Positions 46,171-60,200 of a stretch of DNA of 64,000 nucleotides are shown piece after piece. The notes under the pieces were generated by a model. It worked only from the letters and a program-made list of their open reading frames with translations, was not told the DNA's origin and did no database searches. The stretch is from assembly GCA_964016885.1 (NCBI GenBank), contig OZ024746.1, forward strand, positions 72,974,001-73,038,000, written 5' to 3'. The DNA is from Eledone cirrhosa (lineage: Eukaryota). The translations under genes and the position numbers were made by a program. Position 1 is the first letter of the stretch, and each line of letters begins with the position of its first letter.

Positions 46171-47168
46171 ATTTATATATGGTTGTTAATAGCCTTAACT
46201 TTAAACACAAACAAATTGACACCCAAAAACTCAACCTTAACCCCCCCCCCTTCCCAGGCACATGCCATACTAGACATAAAGTAAAACCAATCATACCCTT
46301 CAAAACCATACCCATATATACATCCATGAATTATTATAGCTGCGGACTATATAAATGATTCGAGTGTCAGGAATTTCGTGTTTAATGCACACTTTAAAAC
46401 TGGTAATTGTATAATTAGTTTTCCCTTTAATATATGTTGCCTTCCGTCCGGGAGAGGGAGCCTTACACAACAGGGGAGATTTATATGGAAAAAAACTCCA
46501 TAAGCAAGTTCAAAATATATTGGAGTAGATGTGAGAAAGGCAAGAAACACGAATCTAGATCAAGGTAAATTACACTCACTCACTCATCCACCCTCTCTCT
46601 CCCACACAACATTATTCGATTATTCGATTATTCGATTATTCGATCGATGGACCTCCATTGATTTCGACAATCAATATTTCAGTTTTAGGTACAGATTAAT
46701 GGTACAGTCTGTTCATGAAGTTAACGTATAATGACTGAGTATTCCACAGATGTTATGTCCAAGATGTCATACAATGCGGTTAATTCTGAATTTTGGACAT
46801 TATGATTGCGAACCGAACTCCTTAACTATTCGGCTATGTTGTTCCCACTACACACATACACACTTACACATACAGGCGCACTGACGCCATAGAGATCTTC
46901 TTTGTCATCGATTTCCGAACTGCCGTTTTCCTCTGCCTACTCAGTGGGAGGGAATTACGCCTGAGGAAGAATCCTCGCGAAGTGTCATTGTTAATGCAAT
47001 GGGAATTGCTGGGTCTCCTCCACAGCAACGCTTTCGCCATCTTGCTTGCAGTGATGCAGCTGAGATATACCGTCCAAACAAAAGTCTAGAGTTTACCCCT
47101 TCCTCATTTATCGGCCGTATTTTCTTTTTTTTCTTTTCTCTTTCTTTTTGTAATTATGATATTCTAAA

Positions 47169-47737
47169 TGGAAGAAACGAAATCGCCTTTTATATGTTTA
47201 TAGAAGAAACGAAATCACCTTTTATATGTTTATGGAAGAAACGAAATCCCCTTTTATATGTTTATGGAAGAAACGAAATCACCTTTTATGTGTTTATGGA
47301 AGAAACAAAATCGCCTTTTATATGTTTATGGAAGAAACGAAATCACCTTTTATATGTTTATGGAAGAAACAATATTACCTTTTATATGTTTATGGAAGAA
47401 ACGAAATCGCCTTTTATATGTTTATGGAAGAAACAAAATCGCCTTTTATATGTTTATGGAAGAAACGAAATCGCCTTTTATATGTTTATGGAAGAAACGA
47501 AATCGCATTTTATATGTTTATGGAGGAAACGAAATCACCTTTTATATGTTTATGGAAGAAACGAAATCCCCTTTTATATGTTTATGGAAGAAACGAAATC
47601 ACCTTTTATATGTTTATGGAAGAAACGAAATCGCCTTTTATATGTTTATGGAAGAAACGAAATCACCTTTTATATGTTTATGGAAGAAACGAAATCGCCT
47701 TTTATGTGTTTATGGAAGAAACGAAATCACCTTTTAT
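47169..47737. repeat. 32-bp minisatellite, about 17.8 copies (tggaagaaacgaaatcRccttttatatgttta)
   Basis: Direct head-to-tail units with no spacers. Confidence 0.97.
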
Positions 47738-47899
47738 TCAACAAATAGATTACATGATGTTTGCACACAAAAAGACAACATCAAAGAACAAAAAAGAAAT
47801 ACAAAATAATTTAAATAGCGGATGTAAAAGGAAGATGAGAGTGACAGGTGTATAATTTAGCGACAAACAGCCAATGACACCCACAGCTACTCCACCCCA

Positions 47900-48180
47900 C
47901 CAAGGTTAATTCGTTGGGGAGATTGTCATCATCATGGTCGAGTCCAGCCGGCTCCAATTGTGAAGAGAAGCCAGCGGCATCGAGATTCGTTCTGATGATG
48001 TCGTTCAGAGCAGCGTGACGGGGAAGCCGGCATGCACTTAGGCGACAAGATAGCGGGTGCAGACCACTGGCATACAACATCATCTGTGTGGCTCGTACAC
48101 GTGGAAGTCGAGGTGCTTTGACCTCCAGTGCGGGCGCACTTCTCTGCAAGAAGAATATCAGTTGATGAGGATGTCCAACT
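47900..48180 (-). mobile_element. CRE-like non-LTR element fragment (restriction-like endonuclease region)
   Basis: GLHPLSCRLSACRLPRHAALNDII...LEPAGLD resembles the H..SC....R..RH..LND...EP.GL..D..RPD motif. Confidence 0.7.
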
Positions 48181-48934
48181 TTCATTTATATATACGATAT
48201 ACAAACACATAAATACACGTTTACATATTATATATACACGATACGGCTGATATTGATATACTTCCTATTGATATGGTTGTGTTATTAATATGGTGGTTGA
48301 AGGGGTTGGGTGTAATACGCCAGGACGGTGGATTGGCTAAGCCGTTAGACTGTAAGCCGGAATGTTTTGCAGTATTCATTTTGGCTGTCTGCGCTCTGAG
48401 TTCAATGAACTTTGCCTTTGATCCTTCTAGGGTTTAAACAAATAAAGAACCCGTTAAATACTATGGTTCATATAATATAGATTTTCTCCTCCCCTGAAAT
48501 TTCTGACATTGCGTTCTACACATAATTGCCCATATTCTCCTGTCTGTAAAGGAAAATAATATTTCCTGTCTCTTAGATATATTGACGAAATTTGTCTCTG
48601 GCGATTATTATTTTCTTTTTCTTCCCGCCAAGGTTAACTTTGCCTTTCATCCTTACGGGGTCGATAAAATAAAGTACCAGTAATGCACTGGGATAATTGC
48701 TGGACTTGTGCCAAAAGTAAAAACAATTATTTTATTTTTCTTCACACATTTGATGGAAAGATGCCTATGATTCTTGTTACTGATATTGTTTAACTCAATT
48801 AATTGATTAAGGAAACCAAATATAAATACGTTCACTACACACTATTAAATAGGATTATATTAAGTATTGTCCCCTTTTTGTATCGAGTGAGATTTCGCTA
48901 ATACTGGTTGTAGAATGGCTGCTGACTGTGTGTG

Positions 48935-49037
<103 letters not shown>

Positions 49038-50209
49038 CGAGAGAAAGAAAGAAAAGGAAAGAGAGAGATAGACAAAGAATCAAAGAGTACTTCTTTACTT
49101 TTTACACTTGATAAAATGATGGAAAAATCTGATAATAGATACATTGTCTGAGAAAAAATTGGTGTGGTCATGGGGCTAGAAGCATTGGTGCATAAGACTT
49201 CGAAGTTAAGTCTGACCTGGGGATAAAGCAAATACGTCAAATAGAAAACAAAAGCTCTAGCCTAATCTATACGAGAAGCCTAACCTATAGCTCCCAAAAC
49301 AAGAAGTAAATAATTTTTCTCCTAATGAAGAATTTTCTAGAAGAAACGAAGAAAATGTATTTCGAAACATATACGGAATACATAGAAGAGTTAATACCTA
49401 AAGACATAATTATAGAGAACAATTTTATTTATAATACAAATTTCCACAGATATTGTCGAATATATAAAGATTTCCTTTCCATTGAGAGATCTATTAAAAG
49501 ATTATATAAATATCTCAATGATGTTTGCTTTTATGAACAAGATTTAGAGTTGCTAACGTAATTGTGGTCATGTCTCAACAAGCAAGGTGTAGAGACATTT
49601 ATTTTAAATGCGATAAAATTGTCACTGCATGGTATCATAAACGTCATTTATATCAGATTGGCAACACAATTCTAATCCCGCTCTGTATTCTGTTGAATTC
49701 GTCAATTTATTTCGTTAAAACCATTAAATTGGGAATACAGTCTTTAGTTCTGAGCACAATAGATTATTGATCGTAGATCATTTAGTCAAAGCGGCGTTCA
49801 AAGCTTATATTACCAGAATGTGTTTGCATTACAAAACACACGACATCCATGACATAAACTGTTTCTTAAATTTACTGAATTAAATATAAATTACATTTAG
49901 AATTTCTACTTTTAGTCTTTATGTATGTAGGACCCATATTATACACACCCATACTCTGTGATTTGGGGGATATTTAGCTGTTATTTCTAGTAACTCAAGC
50001 AACGTCCTAGAATCTTCCTAACTGACTGATTTAGGTTGATGTTTGAACAAGACAGATTCAATTAGATGACACGTGATCACGATATATTTAGTCAAAAGAG
50101 GAAAGGCAGCAACCTTTGAGACCCGTAGTGGAGGAAAAAAGTACAACTTGGCGGGTTGGTGTCAATTACTAGTTTGATCCCTGGAAGTGATCTTCTGAGA
50201 TGGTGACAT

Positions 50210-50570
50210 CAACAATCATCTGGCACTCCCATCTAATTATGAGCATAACTACCATATCAAGTCTGTTGTGGTCAAGTCTGCGGTCCGTTTGGATAGTGAA
50301 GGGTATTGGGTGTCATTGTCATCAAACACACGTTCTGGAACTTGCTTGTACCACTTATCGGATACCTGATGGCTACAGGTTTTGCACATTGACCAATGGA
50401 GGTACATACAAACATTGTCATGTCTTCTTTTATATACATTTTGAGCTAGCATTTTGCACGCCCTCACTATGTCGGTGACATTTTCTGTATTTATTCCACA
50501 CAAACGGCATATCACACTTTCATCAAAATGATATATCCCGTTAGTCACAGACATGCAATGTCTATCCAAC
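50210..50570 (-). mobile_element. R4/Dong-like LINE C-terminal fragment (Zn knuckle plus RHD motif)
   Basis: CRLCGINTENVTDIVRACKMLAQNVYKRRHDNV. Confidence 0.75.
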
Positions 50571-50649
50571 TACTGTTTCTCTCTTCTCCGCAGAGACTCA
50601 CCTCTTAAACTTTTATTTACTCCCCTTCTCTCTAGGCTCATTACTATCA

Positions 50650-51065
50650 TCTATCACCATGTGGTGAACACGATCAAAGTTTTCCTCGGTGGTGGTAGCA
50701 ACAGGACGTCCAGAACTTGGGTTATCTTCAAAATTCTTCCTTCCTCTCTTGAATTCAGCTGCCTCCTTTTGCACTGTTGATAAAGCTGGAGCGTCATTCC
50801 CTACTGAAGCAACCATGTCAGTATAAATGTTATTGGGGGCTAAACCCTTTTTCTGCAGATATTTGATAACACCACGATGTCAAATTTTGTCCATTTTCAA
50901 GAGAAGTTGCTGCTAGTTCCTTTTGAAGTCTTCTTTGAGCAGTCAGATATCAGTTTGCCGGGGAATAATGCAGTTATTAATAAGAAGAGTTGAAATTAAT
51001 GCAAAATTTCACAGCCCTAGCATGATTCATTCATAGTGAGCTAATGAACTTTTCAGCCTACCTTA
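50650..51065 (-). mobile_element. Mariner transposon 5' fragment (TIR plus transposase N-terminus)
   Basis: HRGVIKYLQKKGLAP..DMVASVGNDAPALSTVQKEAAEFKRGRKNFEDNPSSGRP; TIR-like tataaggtaggctgaaaagttc at the right end. Confidence 0.82.
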
Positions 51066-51381
51066 TATATATCGCAAAAAGTATATGAATAAACAACAGA
51101 AGGAAACGATATATTACAATGAAAATACATATTAGTTTAACGCTTGATATAGTAGGCGAAAAGTCTTGACGTTTCGGACGTTAGTTTTTCACCAGAAGAT
51201 AGAATGAAAGTATAAAAGAGAAATAAAAAGATGAAGAAACCAAAATAAAATTGGAGAGAAAGCACACATGTGTCTAGTCAGCCATTTCGGGGACATTCAC
51301 ATACACGATCACAGCACCCCCCACACCCACACGCACACACGCGCACACCCACGCACATGCACACCCACGCACACGCACACC

Positions 51382-51490
<109 letters not shown>

Positions 51491-54070
51491 ACATATACAG
51501 CGAGACTTGTTTTTCATTGTATTTATCAATTTTACATATGCATTCAATAGATAGTGCTTATGGACCCTGCCCATAATGCACGGATGATTTGTATTCATAT
51601 TCATACACAGAATTTTCTCATGTTTACTATAGTTGCAGTATGTATAAGCAACTAAATCTAGAATTAACTATACCTAAATGCATATCTACTCTGACTTTAC
51701 ATCTAACTCATATTCTTAATTATTTCATAACATCCATTGTCTATCAATTCATGATGTCCAAAGGAAATCATCCACCATCAAGGTAGAAATCAAAATCTGC
51801 ATGGCGGAAACTCTTCCAAAAGATCTACAATTTTTTAAAATCCTATTAATTTACAAACCTTAGTCCCATCGTGTAATCCTTTTGTTTTAACGAACCTCTG
51901 ATTAATGAAATCATGTAATAATTGAAATAGAAAGCTTCTCTGTAACTTTTTGACTAAATAAAATAGTCTATTAACAAGGCGTACCCATGTTTTTTTCCGT
52001 TCAGTGTGTTTATACCTCCCGTTATTAGGCTATTTTATTTAGTCAAAATGTTACGGCAAAACATTCTATTTTCATTTTCTAACTCATCGTTAATGTGATA
52101 TTTCCTACACATGATATTCAGTATATGGAAGCACAGAATTATCGTAAAATATCAAAGACCTACTAGCATTTATAATATTTATGTTAGAATCCACCACCGT
52201 ATTTTAAGCTCTTTTTAAAAGAAAAGTTAAAGATAGATAGACCACTGTCATATCGAACTGCATATATTTATAAAAGTCCTTATTATGTGTTTTTGAAACA
52301 CGTGGTAACTGATGGACTATTTTTGAACAATGAAAGAGAAGCCACCTGTTTAATATTACAAATGATGAAATCCCAAATATTTTCACTGACCCTACTTACC
52401 TACATCTTGGTTTTCGGCCGGCTGGCTTTGGCCGTAAAATCTACCCATCGATTATTTCCTTAGACATTCTAAACCCATATCCGTCGTGTAGGCGCTGTGA
52501 TCTCTCGATGCAGAGAAGTAGCGGCTCTATCTGGAGCAACACACTGATCGCTGAATTATGCACCCTATCAAGTAACGTCAAAAGTCCTTTCGGAGAAATG
52601 TTTAAGGAAAGAATCGCTGGACAAATTTTACAAGTAAATCCAAACGGTAGAAGACCCAGAGGTAGATCACGAGCAAGATGACTGAATAGCATTCATGAGA
52701 CTGGTTGGTCTCGTTTGGATATCAATTGGAGATGGTTGCTTCTGATAGGACCCTATAGTAGGCGTGTCTGAGTACTCTGCCCCACGGCCCATCTAAGAAG
52801 AAGAAGAAGAAGAAGAAGAAAGAGGGGGAGGAGGATGAGGAGAAGAAGAAGAAGAAGAAGAAGAAGAAGAAGAAGAAGAACTACATATGTTCTCTTTTCC
52901 CTTTTCCCTGCTTTATTAATCTAGATCTGAAGTTGGAAACAAAATTACTTTTAATAATCATTAACAACAGTGTGATTCACGTAACGCTAATGTTTGTACT
53001 CTTACTAAAGAACCATGGCCACTTTGGATAAATGTGAATAAATCGTTTTTTATAATATTTTGTTTTTATATAATATTTTGTTCCTTCCTACTCGTGGATT
53101 ATAATTATTCGTACAGTGACAATATTAAAAAAGAGTAAGAAAGTTGTTTTAAGAATGTAATCAAAAATATAAAATTGGAAAAAAAATGAAAATGAAAATT
53201 TATAAAAGATTTTTACATTTCTGTTGACAGATATTACTTGACAATAAAAATTGTGACAGAATGACTTTACTAAATGAAACATATTATGAGAGAGCCATAG
53301 ATGTCGGATTCCATTTAATATCGAGGGGATGGGTTAGTCATATTCTCATAATCTGTCACTGATTTAAATTAAAATCTTTATTTGTTTATTTTTGAAATTT
53401 TATATTTACATTTATATTTTAACGGAGCCATTTCTTAATTTTTTTAATACTATCACTGCATCGAAAACTTTATTTTAAGTATTTAAACAATTTATACAAG
53501 TCCAAAATGGCACAGACCAGATCGAAATCGGTATCAGAGCTGAACGAACGTAAAAAAACTAAAAAAAATCTCGTAGAAGAAATATCACGCAGTTTCAGTG
53601 TCTAGGCAATTAGATGAGAACAAAACGACAACATTAAAATGGGAACAAACCTCGCACTTCAGAAATTTGAATTGGAAGTCAACCTACTTTGATTTCCAGT
53701 ACCGAGATTTCCAGTACCGAGAAAGAATTTCTACAAATGTCATGCAATGATGCAAGAAGAAATCATGAAACAAACGAACGAAAACAATTATTAAACTTGA
53801 GAAAATAATTTACAAAACGAAGAAACAAAATCATAGAGAATATTAGAATTGTATGGCAGCAGGACCATGAAGATTATTTAGGTAAAGAAGTAGTGAAAAA
53901 ACTTGACAACAGAAAAAATCAAAACTTATTCCGAAATTGTTTACGATTCAGATGAAACAAATAACCAAATAACTATGGCGACTAATATCCGATCATACGC
54001 AGAAGTAGTCAAGAATGGAAAAACGTACTAGGGAAAACTCAACTACAACAAAATGCAATTTACAAACCAT

Positions 54071-56237
54071 TGTAGTGATAGACAACATTGTAGTGACCGA
54101 CGTTCCGCGGGCTCACATACATTCTCTGTGCGTGATTTGGCTCAGCTCAGCCAATCAGCGCCAGCAGAAGAGAATGTATCTCTACGCGCCCTGAGGGAGA
54201 AATTCCCCGCGAGGATTTGAAGAATCAGCCTCTCGCATCCTGAACTTCGAAGGAACAACATGTAACGGTGAGATTTTGCACTTTGGCCTGCCGGCTTGCC
54301 TCGGGCCTGGCACAATCCTTTTGTAACCTTTTTTTAGTTTGAAATACAATCATATCATTTAACAAAACATTACTTTGTGGCATAACAAATAAATATACTT
54401 TTTATCTCACGAACATTCTTCTTGTCGATGTTATAGCAATTACATTATTTCCTCTAACAACTTTGTCACTACACACTAAAACACCCTTATCATTCTGTTA
54501 TAATTACCTTCTGTTACACTGGTGAACCCGACGTGGTACGATATATTTCAACTAGTTAAAAAAAATGGTTACCCCATTTTCGTTGGAATGTGTCGACCAA
54601 CATTTCGAACACGCAGCAAACTTTATTAACAAACTAGGAAAAATACGTAGACACAGAAACGAACACACGCACATGTGAAATTCTCGTTCAGACAGACTCT
54701 TTTTCTCTCACCTAACGTGATATATTTTTTTCGGACTACAGAATCCCTCCGACCGCTTTAGACATGGATTTCTCACCGCATGAACACTCAAAAAAAAGAA
54801 AAAAAAAAAATCAGATTTTTTTTTTTTACACATTTCAACATGAACATTTATTTTTGCTGAATCTCAACTATTGCTTATTCTTTCCACCAAGCCTTTTTCA
54901 TTGTTCACTAAAAAAAAAAAATTCAAAATGGCGTTTTTTTTGCTCTATTTACTTTCATTATCGGCCATCTTGTCTTCCTGGTTTCATCATTTTTTCCCGC
55001 GCATTTTCAACTTCACTTAGCACGCGTGTACTGTGCACACATCTCGATCCACTGAGGATAAACACGCCTTGCTATTAATTTCAAGGACTTCCAGCCTCAA
55101 GCTATATTCTCGTACTTGCCAGTTAAAACAATTTACCATGTAAATTTGCCGTTAATTACTGCGCATTTATTCAGAATGCTTGTTTCTATATTCACGGCTC
55201 TCGACTCGCTTATTCACCAGCGCTCAACCGTTTATTGGCTGCTATTTCTGTTAACCTGTGCATAATTTTTCTTGAACCTGCTTACTGTGAACGAATTGTT
55301 TCCATTGAAACAATTTCAAAGGGCTCTCTGCGAGACATCAGCATCAACAGCAACAACAACAGCTTCATCTTTGCTTTATCAACAACATCAAATCAGCAGA
55401 ACAACCAAGAGAGAATTATTTCTTCTTGCAACTATCTTCTTGTGAGAAATTTCCCACCAGCCTTCGGAAGTTGGGAATTTCACGTTCAACCACAAAAAAG
55501 AGACACCTGCATACATTCTCTGGGCACACTTTTTCCTGCTGTCATTGCGCCACATCCTGTGAACTATTAGAACTCTTTATATATTTCTTTTCAATTTTCA
55601 TTTTTTTGGTTACATTTTTGCATGCCTTGCCTTTCTTTGCTTCTGTTGCAAACTTTTGCTTGTTGTTTATACTTTTCTCCTTTGCAAACTTTTATAATTT
55701 TCATACCTTTGCCTGACTCGCATTCATTCTGCAAGCCTTTTCACTACATTAAACCTCTTTTTTATCGTCTATCGACTGGTGGAAGGCCATGTAGTGATAG
55801 ACAACATTGTAGTGACCGACGTTCCGCGGGCTCACATACATTTTCTGTGCGTGATTTGGCTCAGCTCAGCCAATCAGCGCCAGCAGAAGAGAATGTATCT
55901 CTACGTGCCCTGAGGGAGAAATTCCCCGCGAGGATTTGAAGAATCAGCCTCTCGCATCCTGAACTTCGAAGGAACAACATGTAACGGTGAGATTTTGCAC
56001 TTTGGCCTGCCGGCTTGCCTCGGGCCTGGCACAATCCTTTTGTAACCTTTTTTTAGTTTGAAATACAATCATATCATTTAACAAAACATTACTTTGTGGC
56101 ATAACAAATAAATATACTTTTTATCTCACGAACATTCTTCTTGTCGATGTTATAGCAATTACATTATTTCCTCTAACAACTTTGTCACTACACACTAAAA
56201 CACCCTTATCATTCTGTTATAATTACCTTCTGTTACA
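54071..56237 (+). mobile_element. Intact non-autonomous LTR retroelement (448-bp LTRs 54071-54518 and 55790-56237; tRNA-Trp-like PBS; 4-bp TSD CCAT)
   Basis: TG...CA direct repeats with only two differences seen. tggtgaacccgacgtg lies at 54520 and purine-rich ggtggaagg precedes the 3' LTR. ccat flanks at 54067-54070 and 56238-56241. No gag/pol is recognisable in the 1.27-kb interior. Confidence 0.92.
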
Positions 56238-56469
56238 CCATAATAATAGAAGGACATATTAAAATAGACCAACAAGCCAAGATACCGCAAATCAACTTAT
56301 AACAAACCAACAAATCAAGGAAGATATGATAATAATTTCTTTATAGGCCATAAAGGCCGACATATAGGGGGCAATACAAAAACAAGGACAGGTGTGTGTG
56401 TGTGTGTGTGGGTGGGGTGTGTGTGTGTGGGGGGGGGGGGTACTTACAGTCGTGTAAAAAGGTTTAACA

Positions 56470-57265
56470 AATAACAAATAACAAATAACAATACCATTAA
56501 ACAACGAAGTTTCCCAATAGTGGGGAGTACCACCCAGGGGTGACACAGAAAATCCACTAATCCCGAACCACCCGACACTCCAAGAGCACCCAAAGAGGGT
56601 TCCCCTCTCGTCTCCAAATCAATCAGCCTACAGATGCATGGTTAGAGTAAGCCCATTTACATGGGCCAACCTCGCAACTTTCACACACCTTTTAACAATT
56701 GTACTAGAAGGGGGAAGCACTAACCCCCCTTCCTTTCCAAGTGAAACTTGAAAAATTTGACGAGTGATTGGTCGAAGAGAAAAGTGTATGTCTTCAGTCC
56801 TTTCAGCCTCGTCCACCACACAACCGCTATCGCTACTGTCACCAGGTAGAGGAAAACTGCCTGTTCTTTTCGGCCAAAAGAAGGCAGCGGGGCGATCTTC
56901 ACGATGGATTCGGTCGATAGTCGAATTCGTCATACACGTGATAACAGCTGTTCAACATAGCTCCATAAGTCAGTAATGCACGGATACATGATGAGTGCGG
57001 GTAGAACTGTTTCGTCACACTGCGTGCATCTCGGACAGGCCCGTCTGACCACACTTCCCGGCAGTGCCTCCCGGTAGCATTGCCAAGCGACGTATTTCTG
57101 GAAAATATCCAGAGTCCCCGACTCGAAAGCCCTCAGGCCAGACTGGTCTGTTCGATTTCGTCGACGCGCAGATCCTCTCCGAGAGTGTCGCCGCACTTGC
57201 CCACCGCTAATCCTCTATAGAACTCTAGAGTGGAATTTCTACTGACCGCATTGCCCGCCTGACAA
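56470..57265 (-). mobile_element. L1/Tx1-type LINE 3' end
   Basis: AWQCYREALP...ACPRCTQCDETVLPALIMYPCITDLWSYVEQLL, a degenerate Cys-rich C-terminal (zf-RVT-like) region, followed by 3'UTR. Confidence 0.75.
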
Positions 57266-60200
57266 CATGAATTTTGTGAATAAATTTGAAATTTTTCAGT
57301 TGATAAACAATGAAAGAACAAGAGAAAAAAGGTAGGGATGAATCCATTGTTTTACGATTGTTTCGGTTGAGCAGACAAAAATGTAGCCCTTAACTATCAG
57401 TCCCAACCGAAACGATCGTAAAACAATGGATTAATGCTATATTGCCAGACGGAGGTCCTTTCATTAATTCGTACTTACAAGTTTCCCCTTTATAGTCAGT
57501 TGTTGCTTGCATGCATAAATGAATAATACTATTTTCTTCTTAAAATTTATCATATTTCTGAATTTTTATTGTGTAACTTACATTCACTAAAGCATTAACG
57601 TAATTCATGTAAGGTTTCAAATTAAATCTTCGTAATGCCACCGAATCTAACAGTATCAGTAACTATGCATCTTTGAATTCTATACGTTATCTATATATTT
57701 CCATTTTCTTGTATACAGCGTTATTAAATTAATGGATTTTCGTATTCGTATTTTTTCATAAAAACGAATGACAAGTCTAAGCTGGAGATAGCATTATCTT
57801 TTCGTGGTTGAATTTTTTATTAAGAGTTTAGCATTGAATTTTCTGTCTACTTTCACTGTAAATAAATGTTTCCAATGATAATAGCGGCCATACATCTTGT
57901 TTCCTTACCACTTTTTTTAATATGTACTTCTAAGCAATCGCATTATATGCGAAACATCATGTAAAATTATATAGACTCGTACTAAAATACGACTGAGTTA
58001 TTTCCCTTCGCATAAGTGGCATACATAGACATTTATGATATTTAACACTTGACATCTTTGTACAACACGTGACTGTTAAGCAAGCAATTCTTCAAAAGTA
58101 CAAAACAGCATGATGGCTGCAGTACATTAAAAATAGTAGTCTTTACTTTAATATACCGAATTTTCACAACAACCTGTCAACTAATAAAGAAACCATAAAC
58201 ATTTAAATTAATAAACCGGCTTTTAGATCATCATCATCATCATGACCCCACAACTGATGCAGCGAGTCGTTGGGGTGCCACTCTAGACGCTTTTGTAGTC
58301 AACCGTTGCCACTGGTCTTTGTTTTCAGTCAAGTGTAGTCAAGGGTAGCGGTATTGTGACAAGTCCACTTTTTGATGTTGTCGGAGCAGGATTTTCTTTG
58401 TCTTTTCTTCGCCCTCGCTCGATTGTGCTCTGAAGGATGGTTGTAGACAAGGAGTTTCGGCGGGATACATGACCATACCAAGAGGTTAATATTGAACTCT
58501 TCCAAATTCCAACGTTCTTTGAATTTGTTTTCAAGTTTATATTACACATTGGAGCTTCGTCGATTTCGATGAGGAGTGTTCCAGTTGTTCGAACATAGAA
58601 ACAGCTTGTTCGTGAAATTAAGGTTTAAGTGGTTGAGTGTTTCACAGAAGATAATACACACTTAATGTAATTCTCAGGGAAATCTAGCGTTATACAGTGT
58701 GTGAAACAGGCTGGCTCCTTTGGATTATAGATACAATTCATTTTTGTTAGCTGAGAGACCTGGAGCAATGGGAAATAAATTGTCTTGCTCAACGACACAA
58801 CTCCCCACTGTGAATCGAACTTATGATCGTGAGCCGAACACCCCAACCACTAGGCCACGTTCCATCTTGCATACGTACGTATGTATGTATGTATGAATAT
58901 ATATTTGTTTATATTTATATATGTATGTGTGCGTATATGTATATATATAGAAGTGTATATATATATTTTATTTTTATTTTTATTTTTATCCTTTAACTTT
59001 TATATGTAAATTGCCATGCTATATCATTATGATGGATGTCATCCCACTGTGGATCAATATATGCATATGTTTTTATATGTCTCTTGTGTTGAAAAGGAGG
59101 TCAAGTATGTTATAGATCACTAAATAGTTGCTCCGAAGAATCCAAACCTCGGTTTGGAGGAAACAATTGTAAGCAAATAAATGATTTAAACTGAACTTTG
59201 ATTATTGTAATCTCTATATAACTGCTCTGTAAAACAACCGATGTTATTACATTGAGCTATTTATCTTACTGGTAATAAGATAGTAATGAATGACTATCTT
59301 TCACTATTTGGGGTTTGTATAAAAATATATAACCATAAAAGGTTTTATTATATACATAATAGTATCCTTAATACTATATATATATATGAAGGCGCATTGT
59401 TTAGTGGTTAGTTCGTGTGGTTGTGAATTCGATTCCCAAACTGGTGGGTGCTTTGTGTCCTTGAGCAAGTCATTTTATTTCATGATGCTCCAGTTCTCTC
59501 AGCTGTAGAAATAAGTTGCGACGTCACTGATGCCAAGCTGTATCAGCCTTAGCCTTTCCCTTGGACAGCATTAGTGGCGTGGAGACTGGAATGCATGGGC
59601 GACTGATGGTCTTCCACATAAACACTTTGCCTGTACTTGTGCCTCGAAAGGGAACTTCTAGGTGTCAAACCAATGGTCGTTCATGACCATGGGGTCTTTA
59701 TACCCCTTTCTCTCTGTCTCTCTCTCTCACTCTCCTCCCTTTCTCTCTTAATCTCTCTCACTCATACCCTTCTCTCTCTTACTCTCTCTCACTCTCTCCC
59801 CTCCTCTCTATTATTTATTCCTTTATTTATCTATTATATATAGTAGATGAAAATCGTAAAAATTTTGAACATTTGTATCGGTGTCGGGTGCTTGCTATTT
59901 GTATAAATAAGATATGTGTGTGTTTGAGAAAGAAAGAAAGTGTGTGTGAAATAGATAGGATAGTGTAGAGAGAAAGACCGTGAAACACATCTTTTACTCT
60001 GACTTTATCAGAACATAAATCTCTTCGTGTTTTCAAGAAACTGATAAAATTCACTTGTTTCACAAGTACGCTTCTCTTACGAAGTTATATTTTACATTTA
60101 AGGCAATCAATTTTGTACTTTTCACCTGTCGTGTTTCCATTGGCTATTAAATTCATACTCTCTCTCTCTCCTCTCTCTCCCTCTCTCCAACTTTTTCTCT

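Noticed and set aside
46999-47855. Three overlapping repetitive ORFs, or a possible CRISPR-like array
   Set aside because: This is a 32-bp stop-free minisatellite that cycles through all frames. Units are adjacent with no unique spacers, and the DNA is eukaryotic with no cas genes.
52394-52530. Strong donor TAG|gtaagt near 52400 as the missing 5'UTR exon
   Set aside because: The would-be exon is an RTE remnant (IEPLLLCIERSQ...) and nothing in the sequence links it to the gene.
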